Below, in pieces: positions 8,883 through 17,017 of a stretch of 34,317 bases of DNA. The notes under the pieces are model-generated. The model made no database searches and had not been told where the DNA came from. It was given only the letters and a program-made list of their open reading frames with translations. This DNA comes from Nitrospinae bacterium RIFCSPLOWO2_12_FULL_45_22. Its GTDB lineage: Bacteria > 2-12-FULL-45-22. The stretch's first letter is position 1. Each line of letters begins with the position of its first letter. The position numbers and the translations under genes were made by a program. The stretch lies in contig MHDQ01000031.1 of the NCBI GenBank assembly GCA_001803565.1, positions 1 to 34,317 on the forward strand, read 5' to 3'.

Positions 8883-10493
8883 TTATCTCTCTGAATTCAA
8901 GATCTCATATAGTAAAATTTTATGCCGAGGTTGTTTATTCGACTTATATATCAGTTTTAAAATATCTTTAGGGGCCTTGGTATCATCTAAAAGAAAGGCT
9001 AATTGGGGAGAGAGCATTGGGGTAGTCTGTTCGTCTATTGCAATGTACTGAACTTTATTATAACGGGCATAGAAGATGGTTTTTGAAAAATCCTCTTCAT
9101 AGGGTGATAGTATCGGCACCCCGCCCCCGGCATAATAAGAAATCTTACTATCTGTAGTCATAATTATGGGATTAGGGGGTAAATTTTTTCTTATCTCCTC
9201 TCCTATATCCCTGACCCAGGTATCGGGTTTTGCCCGATTAGGATTAAAAATAAACAAAACTGACGGCAATAAAAATATAACTGCGATAATGGCCAACCCC
9301 TTGTTTGATTGTAAGCTATAGCAAATTCCAAACGATCCCTTTAGGGTCTCATGAACCCAAGCTGCCAGCTCACTAATGCCCTTAGCAGCCCACAATGCTA
9401 CTATAGGGACCATAGGGAGTAAATGTCGGGGCTTAGGGAGGAAGAATAAAGAGAATAGGATCATGGGATACGCAAAAAAGCTTAAGAGGTACAATTCTGC
9501 CTGAAGGCGATCCCGCGACCACGCCTGCCGAAACAGTCCCACCAGAGAAAGAAAGACTACCCAGGGTAAAGCCATATCAATTAGGTAGATAAAACTATCC
9601 TTAAAGAATTTTTTAAAATTTCCCCGATCAAAATTGGTCATTAGAGAAAGACGGCCCTTTTCCTTTATATGCCTACCTACTTCGGAATTAGGGTCGTAAA
9701 GGGCCTCACTAAGGGTCTGCCTTCCATCTTTTGTAAGGGATAGCCATCCTTCACTGGTATCTTTCAGTAAAAAGGCCTGTAGACCGTATGATTTGCCACT
9801 CAATGTCCAGGTACCCAATTGATTATGTAAGAAGATTAGATAAGGGGAGGCGACTGCAAGAAAGATAATAATAATACTTACTCCTGCCCTGATAAGGTGG
9901 GCTAAAGTTGCTTTCCAAACAAAGCGTTGGTTGATCAAATACCAGAGGAAGAATATAGCCAATCCTAAAATCCCCTCTGGCTTAGTCAGATAGGCGAGAC
10001 TAAAAGATATAGTGGTAAAGAAAACGAGAGAGGTTCTTTCTAATACCAGCCAGCCACAGTATATACCTAAACAAAGGAGAAACAGGTAGAGGGATTCTGA
10101 CAAAACCTGGGTAGAAATAAAGGCCAAATTGCGATCAAAAATGATAAATAAAGAACTAACGAGTGCTACTCTTGGCCCATATAGTCCCCGGGCTAGAAAA
10201 AATATGGGGATTATCAAGAGAGACCCGGAAACCAGCGAAATTATTCTCGCTATTGCTTCATAATTATCCGAAAAGATGGAAAGAGTCTTAATCAAAAAAG
10301 GATAGAAGGGATGATGATGAGTGCTGCGGAAGGTCTCGCCATAATTTGAAGAAAAGATATGCTTGGCCAGATCGATAAATGTTATGCCATCATTGGCTAT
10401 CAAAGGATGGAAATGACTCTCATAGATGCGAACGAGGAGACTTAAGGCTATAAGCCCTGACAGTAAAACTAAACTGCCTGATCTTCTACACAT
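8883..10493 (-). CDS. GT-C membrane glycosyltransferase (ArnT/PMT_2, GT39/83-like)
   Basis: TM1 followed by an acidic loop 'IANDG', then 'HPFYPFL', 'LSESLY', 'YLTKPEG', 'RHLLP' and a soluble C-terminal domain. The track ORF extends to 10571 overlapping the upstream gene; ATG 10493 is preferred. Confidence 0.85.
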   Translation of the reverse strand: MCRRSGSLVLLSGLIALSLLVRIYESHFHPLIANDGITFIDLAKHIFSSNYGETFRSTHHHPFYPFLIKTLSIFSDNYEAIARIISLVSGSLLIIPIFFLARGLYGPRVALVSSLFIIFDRNLAFISTQVLSESLYLFLLCLGIYCGWLVLERTSLVFFTTISFSLAYLTKPEGILGLAIFFLWYLINQRFVWKATLAHLIRAGVSIIIIFLAVASPYLIFLHNQLGTWTLSGKSYGLQAFLLKDTSEGWLSLTKDGRQTLSEALYDPNSEVGRHIKEKGRLSLMTNFDRGNFKKFFKDSFIYLIDMALPWVVFLSLVGLFRQAWSRDRLQAELYLLSFFAYPMILFSLFFLPKPRHLLPMVPIVALWAAKGISELAAWVHETLKGSFGICYSLQSNKGLAIIAVIFLLPSVLFIFNPNRAKPDTWVRDIGEEIRKNLPPNPIIMTTDSKISYYAGGGVPILSPYEEDFSKTIFYARYNKVQYIAIDEQTTPMLSPQLAFLLDDTKAPKDILKLIYKSNKQPRHKILLYEILNSER

Positions 10494-10542
10494 AATAAGA
10501 AATGTTCCTGGTATTTTTCGAGGGTCTAAGTGACAGGACGCT

Positions 10543-11913
10543 TCAATCACCTGAAGAAATCTTTTCTGCAATAATGCAGGTTGAAGAGGATATCAAGGGC
10601 AAATTGATTTTTTTGGTTGCTTTGGCCAAAAGAGAGAGGAGGCTTAAAGCAGGTCGAGAAATATGTTTTAATATAGAAAGATTCCGACCATGTCGTTTAA
10701 GATAACCATTCAGTCTTTCTTTATAAACTGTTAATTCCATGGGAAAAAAGAAAAGACTCCTTAATTGAATAGAAAAACTTATCTTTTTAAGCAATTTTTT
10801 TATTTTCAAGGTAGATACAGGTTCAAAAGGGCCTGAACTTAAAAAGGCATCCTCAATCCTGTTGATCTTTAAGAGCTTTTCTATACCCTGATAAAATAGG
10901 CCGTAAAAAGATAGCTTATTTTTGCAGAAAATAATAAGTTTTCCTTCGGGTTTCAATGCCCTTTTCGCTTCAGAAAAGATAGTCTGATTCTTTAGGATAG
11001 GGACTTTTTCCAAAGAAAATAAAAATAAAATCATATCAATAGAAGAACTTTTCAAGGGAAGATAGGCATCACTAACAAAAAAATCCATTTTTGTCGTCTT
11101 GGCGTTGACAAAAATGGCCGCTTCCCTACTCAGTTCCAAGTCAATCAGATGATGACCGGTTAAGGCCGAGGAGAGAGGTCTAAGTAGCGTTCCGTCATAG
11201 CTAAAAACAGACAAAATATGCCCCCTTTTTTTAGGCAAATAGGATTGAACCAATGAAGTAATCTTATTAACCTCTTCTTCGGAATATATTTCATAGTCTT
11301 TTCCGAAATAGCTGGAACGGGACAAAAATTTCTGGTGTTCTCTTATTTCAGAGAGCGTATATTCTGAAGATCTAAGTTTAATAGGGAGAGAAGGGGCACC
11401 TTTTCCATTTTGGAATTCATTAAAATGAACTATATCCCTTATATCTTTTTTAGGAGGGAGTGGAGGATTCTCGGCCGATTCTCCTAGCATTATGATACAT
11501 AGGGGTTTTAAATGATTAGGTACACCTAGGAGTTTAGATACTTCTTCCTCTTTCCCAAAACCTGCCAGCCAGCAAGCCCCTAAGCCTAGTTCACATGTTC
11601 TTAAGAGTATATTCTGGACCGCAGCCGATACTGATTGGATATTGGCATAGTGTTCCTCATTAAAGGTAGCATCATACAGCACTACAATAAGGCAAGGGGC
11701 ATCCATGATTTGCTTTTGAGCCCCTGCCTGTTTGACCATTCTTTCTTTCATAGATTCTTTGTCAACCACTATGAACTGCCAATGCTGTCGGTTAGAGGCA
11801 GAAGGGGCCATGGTTCCGGCTTTTATAATTTCCATAACTATCTCTCTAGGAATGGCCTTGTCCCGAAATTTTCTAATGCTTCTTCTTTTTTCTAACGCCT
11901 CGCTTAACTCCAC
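10543..11913 (-). CDS. Nitroreductase-family domain fused to a class I SAM-methyltransferase-like domain (paralog of 1400-2674)
   Basis: 'KRRSIRKF', 'APSASNRQHWQF', 'YANIQSVSAAVQNILL..LGLGACW'; C-half 'LPLKSSSIDMI', 'EAKRALKPEGKLII', ending 'IIAEK'. Confidence 0.88.
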   Translation of the reverse strand: MELSEALEKRRSIRKFRDKAIPREIVMEIIKAGTMAPSASNRQHWQFIVVDKESMKERMVKQAGAQKQIMDAPCLIVVLYDATFNEEHYANIQSVSAAVQNILLRTCELGLGACWLAGFGKEEEVSKLLGVPNHLKPLCIIMLGESAENPPLPPKKDIRDIVHFNEFQNGKGAPSLPIKLRSSEYTLSEIREHQKFLSRSSYFGKDYEIYSEEEVNKITSLVQSYLPKKRGHILSVFSYDGTLLRPLSSALTGHHLIDLELSREAAIFVNAKTTKMDFFVSDAYLPLKSSSIDMILFLFSLEKVPILKNQTIFSEAKRALKPEGKLIIFCKNKLSFYGLFYQGIEKLLKINRIEDAFLSSGPFEPVSTLKIKKLLKKISFSIQLRSLFFFPMELTVYKERLNGYLKRHGRNLSILKHISRPALSLLSLLAKATKKINLPLISSSTCIIAEKISSGD

Positions 11914-12908
11914 CTTACCCTACCCCACATCTTGCCAGCATTCATACCTACTCGTCGTAAGTAAAATAATGCAGGTATAACACTAAAGATGGATACCAGA
12001 TCTATTTTTATCTTTTTTCTTCGGCTGATTAAGAGTCTGAATTTCTTTGTGCCTAAAAACATCCCTCCTAATAATAAAAAATATAGAAGTAGTAGGGATA
12101 GGGGTATTATCATTAAATTTATAGATCCTAGTAAAGTTAATACTGATATTCCTATTAGGGGCCATAGTAAAGAGAAAGGGTCCCTCGTTATCTTAAGTAT
12201 GCTGGGTTGTCTAACATTATAATCGGCTATGCCCCGGCGAAAACTCCATTTAAAAAAATCCCATATGTTATCCCTAGTATTATGGAAGACATAAGAGTTG
12301 ATATCATATTTAACCCTTAGGCCCTTTTCTCTCATACGGTTTATAATGTCTTCATCTTCGCATCCATAGATCAATCTTTCGTCAAACCCTCCAACACCTA
12401 TTATTGCCTCTTTTTTAAATATGGCGTTACAAGTGGATAATGTATTTACACTCCCATCAACCTCTTTTAAATGGGCATCTAAACCAATAGCCCCACCGGC
12501 AGGGAGCCCTAAACAGGCAATACATTTTCCTAAATATTTACTCCCGGGAGGTGGATAGGCATTACCACCCACCCCCGCTATTTCTCCGTTATTAAAATTC
12601 CCCACCAGTATCCTCAACCAATCCTTTGGGACGCGGCAATCAGCATCAGTAAATGCTATTAGGTTGTATTGAGCATGAGCCACACCGATATTGCGAGATA
12701 AGGCAAAATTTTTCTCGGGCGAGTTTATCAATTTAACTCCGGGATATCTCTTAACAATGGAACTAGTAGCATCTATTGAGCTATCCACAACAATGACCTC
12801 ATACTTTTCTCGAAGATACTCTATACTCAGTACCGATTCTAGGCAGCCTCCGATGTTCCTCTCCTCATTATAGGTAATAATTACGACACTAACGGAGGGA
12901 TAATGCAA
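11904..12908 (-). CDS. Glycosyltransferase family 2 with C-terminal membrane segments
   Basis: 'VSVVIITYNEE', 'EVIVVD', 'SRNIG', DxD motif 'FTDAD', 'GGFDE', 'EDED', hydrophobic C-terminus. TTG start. Confidence 0.92.
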   Translation of the reverse strand: MHYPSVSVVIITYNEERNIGGCLESVLSIEYLREKYEVIVVDSSIDATSSIVKRYPGVKLINSPEKNFALSRNIGVAHAQYNLIAFTDADCRVPKDWLRILVGNFNNGEIAGVGGNAYPPPGSKYLGKCIACLGLPAGGAIGLDAHLKEVDGSVNTLSTCNAIFKKEAIIGVGGFDERLIYGCEDEDIINRMREKGLRVKYDINSYVFHNTRDNIWDFFKWSFRRGIADYNVRQPSILKITRDPFSLLWPLIGISVLTLLGSINLMIIPLSLLLLYFLLLGGMFLGTKKFRLLISRRKKIKIDLVSIFSVIPALFYLRRVGMNAGKMWGRVRWS

Positions 12909-12909
12909 C

Positions 12910-14412
12910 TTAGTCTATCCGCAAAATGTAGTTCAGGAAGGGGTTTTGAGCTTCTAGCCTGATCTTTAAAAATCCTAAGGCCCTATCACCATAAAAGATA
13001 GAGTCACTCAGGGCTATTATTCCCAAATCTTCATAAGAAATGGCCCCGGTGCTCGAGATTTTAATACGTGTATTTTGATCCTTAAGGATCAAGGCATTGT
13101 TATTTATCTCAATGCCATAGGGACTTTTATAAGCAAAGAATAGTTCATCTTTTTGGAGTTTAGTATTTACAATTATACAATCTCTCTGAAAGTCATAATG
13201 TCTGTCCCCCGTTTCCTTTGCCGAGAGTAATTTATACTTTAATCCTCTCAGCCTATGAAGGCCCAGAGGGCGAAGAATATCTAGCCACCTCGCGGCCTTT
13301 AAATTGTAATAGCTTGGATCGAAAAAAAACTTCATGCCGTCCCTCGTCCAAAGGGCAAATAATTTGCTATGCTCACTATCAGTAACCACAAGATAACTAT
13401 CCCTTCTAATCACCTTTAGGTTGTTTTGGTCAATCCCCATTTTAGAAGAGTTATATTCATCTCCTAAATCGTATGCTTTTACATGGTCATAGGCCTGGCA
13501 AATTTTATATAGATCAGTACAAAGATGGCGTTCATCAGGCAGATGTTGGATATAGCCAATGCCATTTTGATACCCATCTATCACTTTCTCCAATATGCTA
13601 TTTGCCTGGGGAATTAAAGGACTGAATATTTCAAAGCCATCAAGGATCAACCATCCCAATTGGCGGGTATTGTAAGTTCCACCAAAACTCCCATCCGGAT
13701 AGATCAACTCATTACAATTCGCTATAAACCCTTTAGCGGCCTCTAAAATTTTGGGTTCAGGCATTATCAAATAAAAATTTCCCAAGATGCTAAGGGTCAA
13801 GGACGAATAACCAAGGTCTATACCTTTCCTCTCGGTAAAGAATCCATCTCGGTAGCCTGAGCTTAATACACGATCCAATTTTTCCTGGGAGCAAGCTAAG
13901 AACTTTTCCTCCTTGGTCAACTCATATATTTTTAACAAAGTAAGAGCGGCCATAGACTCCTGGTTGGTCAAGTATTTTTCCCTATTTTTACATAACCACC
14001 GCCCTGCTCTTATTAAATGATTCAGCCAATCTTCTTGTACTCCTATGATATTCATAGAATGAGAAATAGCATAGGTAGAGTAGGCTGTAGCAGCATAAGA
14101 ATGATCATATCTCGTATACTCTGGAAAAGAACCATTCCTATTCTGAATCTTACACCAGAAATCAATCCCAGCCTTAATTCTGAAGATTAGCTCATCTTCT
14201 TTTCTCGATCTGATTCCCTTATCATACACCCAAGCCAGAGAAGCTACGGCCTCCTGCCACCGGGCATTACAAAATTTTTTTTTACCTTGCCAATGAGGAT
14301 AAAAGAAACAGCCCTTGCTCAAACTATTGGCCCCTACATCCTGGAGAGAAAGGAGTCGGGGCCAAGAATCCTTTACCCATTGCAAATATAATTCTTTCCT
14401 CTTTTTCCACAT
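12910..14412 (-). CDS. Uncharacterised protein with an alpha/alpha-toroid N-terminal domain and a probable beta-rich C-terminal domain
   Basis: 'WCKIQNRNGSFPE' and 'IYPDGSFGG' resemble prenyltransferase/QW-type repeats; 'KIYELTKEEKFL' is a hairpin motif. The C-terminal ~170 aa look like short beta strands. Function unknown. Confidence 0.6.
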   Translation of the reverse strand: MWKKRKELYLQWVKDSWPRLLSLQDVGANSLSKGCFFYPHWQGKKKFCNARWQEAVASLAWVYDKGIRSRKEDELIFRIKAGIDFWCKIQNRNGSFPEYTRYDHSYAATAYSTYAISHSMNIIGVQEDWLNHLIRAGRWLCKNREKYLTNQESMAALTLLKIYELTKEEKFLACSQEKLDRVLSSGYRDGFFTERKGIDLGYSSLTLSILGNFYLIMPEPKILEAAKGFIANCNELIYPDGSFGGTYNTRQLGWLILDGFEIFSPLIPQANSILEKVIDGYQNGIGYIQHLPDERHLCTDLYKICQAYDHVKAYDLGDEYNSSKMGIDQNNLKVIRRDSYLVVTDSEHSKLFALWTRDGMKFFFDPSYYNLKAARWLDILRPLGLHRLRGLKYKLLSAKETGDRHYDFQRDCIIVNTKLQKDELFFAYKSPYGIEINNNALILKDQNTRIKISSTGAISYEDLGIIALSDSIFYGDRALGFLKIRLEAQNPFLNYILRID

Positions 14413-14487
14413 GGCTTCGTATTATATCTTTGCATAATTATTGTAATAATCGACTGAATATGTTATAAAACCGATCCGTAGTGAGCT

Positions 14488-14532
14488 CTGATTTGGTATA
14501 TATTTTTTTCCCATCTATTTATACCAAATCAG
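14488..14532. repeat. 13-bp perfect inverted repeat (stem-loop) in the spacer downstream of the YfhO-like gene
   Basis: CTGATTTGGTATA (14488-14500) and TATACCAAATCAG (14520-14532) with a 19-nt loop. The stem is AT-rich and lacks a clear U-tract, so it is not a canonical intrinsic terminator. Confidence 0.7.
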
Positions 14533-14541
14533 GACTCCAGT

Positions 14542-16851
14542 TTAAAACTTAATTTTGGCGAGAGTGATTATCAGCATTGTTCCCCAACTTATAATAAGCA
14601 ATGGAAATAACCAGAATGGATTATATATGAATTGTACTTTGTTTATTCCTTTTTTTATCTTGATTGCCCTAAAAATGAAATTCCCGCCAAATACCTCCGT
14701 GGGGATATCATTAATATTGGCAATCCAACTTCTCGACCAACGGTCAGTTATCAGCAACCACCCATCTTCTGGACAGTTAACTTCGAACAGGAGTCTTTCC
14801 GGCATATATTCCATAACTTTCGCTTCAATCGATATGGCTGGAGGAAGCTTCGAGATAATCTCGGCCTGGCCCGCAGGATTTTTTGTTTTTTTTCTGCTGG
14901 GTAATGCTTCCGGTTCGTGAATAACTATAACTGGTTTATGTAACGTTTCCGTGCGGCTTACCCATGAAGCATAAGATTCGCTTGAAACATCCGCTAAGGC
15001 CACGGTGCTGGAAAACCAGGTTCTGTTAGCTCCCGTCGCCATGCCAGCCAGTATGGTGTTGCTGGATATCATATTTGAATAAAAGCTGTTATTCGAATCG
15101 ACATAGCTTTTCAGGGTTGGTATCTTAAGTACAAGATTGAAATTATTGAGAGAACCAGACTCTCTTAAAAAAGCTTTCGGCGTAAGATTAACACTCGAAA
15201 TGTGCTGGCGCTCTGCCTCTTTCCACCAGCGGTTCGGCACACACATAATGGGATGAGAAATGTATGCATTCAGAAAAGCGTCCGATCCGGCTAGCCCGAT
15301 TAGCATCATCCCCAACAATGCTGGCCGATTACGATCCATAAACTTCCACAATGTGGCGGAGATAAATAGAACACCGAGCCATATCCACAACAGGTGGAGA
15401 TTTGCGCTTCGGTATGCCACCAGTCTTTCAATCCCCTCTTCCACCCAGATCATTGTGATTAGATATACCGTAACTGCAGAAATACCTGTAACCGCTGAGA
15501 CGGTAAAAAACCTTCGCCAAATCGTGAGATCGCGCTTTTGCTGGGATAGATAAAAATCCCTGGTGGCATGAACGGCCAGAACTGTGACGCTAAATATATA
15601 TAAAGCCCGGAATATGCTTGCGTGCCGGAAATATCGCATGGGAAGTAATAGGTCATATAGCCATCCCCTGAAAGGTAGGAACGCCCCCATGCCGCACGCG
15701 ACTGCTAAAAGCCCCATCGCCAAAAGCCAGCACCGCCACTTATCGCGGGAATTGTTAAAAATGGACAGGAGAGCCAGGACAAAAATAGCTGAACCCACAA
15801 AAACACTCATGCTTGAACAGTCGTTATAGCCCCATTTCCGCGTTCTAAGCTGGAGTATGGGAAAGAGCGGACTCGCGAATGTAGCCAGGGCAGCGGGGTG
15901 AAGGGCGTTAGACTTAACCGCGACTTCCCTTGGTAGGGGGTTAGACCTATCTGTATATCCACTCCCTTCGTAAAAAAAGCTTACATATACCGGGGACAAG
16001 ACTGTTGTTCCTGCTACAAAAAATAAAGCCACCGCTATAGCTACAAATTTAAAATCCAACCTACGCTCAGAGCCTTTTTCTGGATTTTCGCCGTGCGGTA
16101 GAATTGCAAAGTCTTTCAATCCCTGGAAAGCCCATCTGCCGAAAGCCCATAAAAGCGCAAAAATCCCGATAATCAGAACCAAACCTGGGTATCCCCCTAA
16201 AGCCGATAGTCCCCAAAAAGCTCCCGCCTCCAAAGATAGGAAAAGACGTCTTGCCACAAGGGCTCCATCCATTCTCCAAATAATGAAAGGGAGGAACGAC
16301 ATAGCGTACAAAAGAGAGGTATGTTCCGCGTGACCCGTGTAAAAGCCGGAGAACGTAAAACCGAGGGCCGCAATCACCCCTCCCCATGGCGGCGACTGTA
16401 AATGCCGCGATAAAGCAATTATTCCGAGTCCCCCTAGCCACCAAATGAAGAGCCAATAAAACCTGAATCCGGATTCACTTCCTCCCGTTAAGAGTCCAGA
16501 AGCGATAGTTAATGGTGAAAGCGCCCCTACCTGTGGGTTGATAAAAGCCGGAGTTCCGCCACTGCTCCATGGATCCCATAACAGCAACTTTCTGGCACGG
16601 GAAAAGTCCGCAAGCAATATGTAATATGGTGCATAATAACTATCTGCATCCCAGATGGGGGAATACAATCCCATAAGCAGATGATAATTGGCCATAAGAA
16701 AAAAAAGAGAAAATAACAAGGTCGCCAGCCACCATTGGTTTTTGGTAAATATTGGCTTTCTGCTGATTGATTCGACAAGACTTGAAAAAGTTCCAGAAAG
16801 TCGTCCGGAAGCAACCCATATTGTTTTCATAGATAATGCCAAAATCTTCAT
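14542..16851 (-). CDS. YfhO-family (GT-C-like) large membrane protein
   Basis: 'LWDPWSSGGTPAFINPQVGALSPL', many TM segments, and a C-terminal YfhO-type signature 'GWLLITDRWSRSWIANIND...FIFRAIKIKKGINKVQFIYNP' followed by a final TM. Confidence 0.85.
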   Translation of the reverse strand: MKILALSMKTIWVASGRLSGTFSSLVESISRKPIFTKNQWWLATLLFSLFFLMANYHLLMGLYSPIWDADSYYAPYYILLADFSRARKLLLWDPWSSGGTPAFINPQVGALSPLTIASGLLTGGSESGFRFYWLFIWWLGGLGIIALSRHLQSPPWGGVIAALGFTFSGFYTGHAEHTSLLYAMSFLPFIIWRMDGALVARRLFLSLEAGAFWGLSALGGYPGLVLIIGIFALLWAFGRWAFQGLKDFAILPHGENPEKGSERRLDFKFVAIAVALFFVAGTTVLSPVYVSFFYEGSGYTDRSNPLPREVAVKSNALHPAALATFASPLFPILQLRTRKWGYNDCSSMSVFVGSAIFVLALLSIFNNSRDKWRCWLLAMGLLAVACGMGAFLPFRGWLYDLLLPMRYFRHASIFRALYIFSVTVLAVHATRDFYLSQQKRDLTIWRRFFTVSAVTGISAVTVYLITMIWVEEGIERLVAYRSANLHLLWIWLGVLFISATLWKFMDRNRPALLGMMLIGLAGSDAFLNAYISHPIMCVPNRWWKEAERQHISSVNLTPKAFLRESGSLNNFNLVLKIPTLKSYVDSNNSFYSNMISSNTILAGMATGANRTWFSSTVALADVSSESYASWVSRTETLHKPVIVIHEPEALPSRKKTKNPAGQAEIISKLPPAISIEAKVMEYMPERLLFEVNCPEDGWLLITDRWSRSWIANINDIPTEVFGGNFIFRAIKIKKGINKVQFIYNPFWLFPLLIISWGTMLIITLAKIKF

Positions 16852-17017
16852 CTAAATCATGCTTTTATTGGAGAGAGCACAAGCAAACTGAGATGCCGAT
16901 TACATACCTTAGTTGGGAGTGGCCAATACTGCTGTGCCCCACAACGTGGCCGAGGAGTTTGGGTTGGCCTTTGTGATCATTTTTAGATTATGCTTCATTG
17001 CTGGCGTCGCTCTTTCT

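Noticed and set aside
1400-11913. Nitroreductase domains as BluB (DMB synthase) or iodotyrosine deiodinase
   Set aside because: Only generic nitroreductase motifs were recognised; no subfamily-specific signature is supportable by eye.
2163-14283. Poly-A/T runs of 8-9 nt in coding regions (e.g. 2163-2171, 8265-8273, 14275-14283) as phase-variation tracts
   Set aside because: Such runs are expected in AT-rich Lys/Phe codons; all frames are intact and there are no long poly-G/C tracts.
4043-14412. Hopanoid/terpenoid pathway (QW-like repeats plus B12-rSAM resembling HpnP/HpnJ)
   Set aside because: No DxDD cyclase motif, the protein is too short for squalene-hopene cyclase, and no squalene-synthesis genes are present; the context is glycan assembly.
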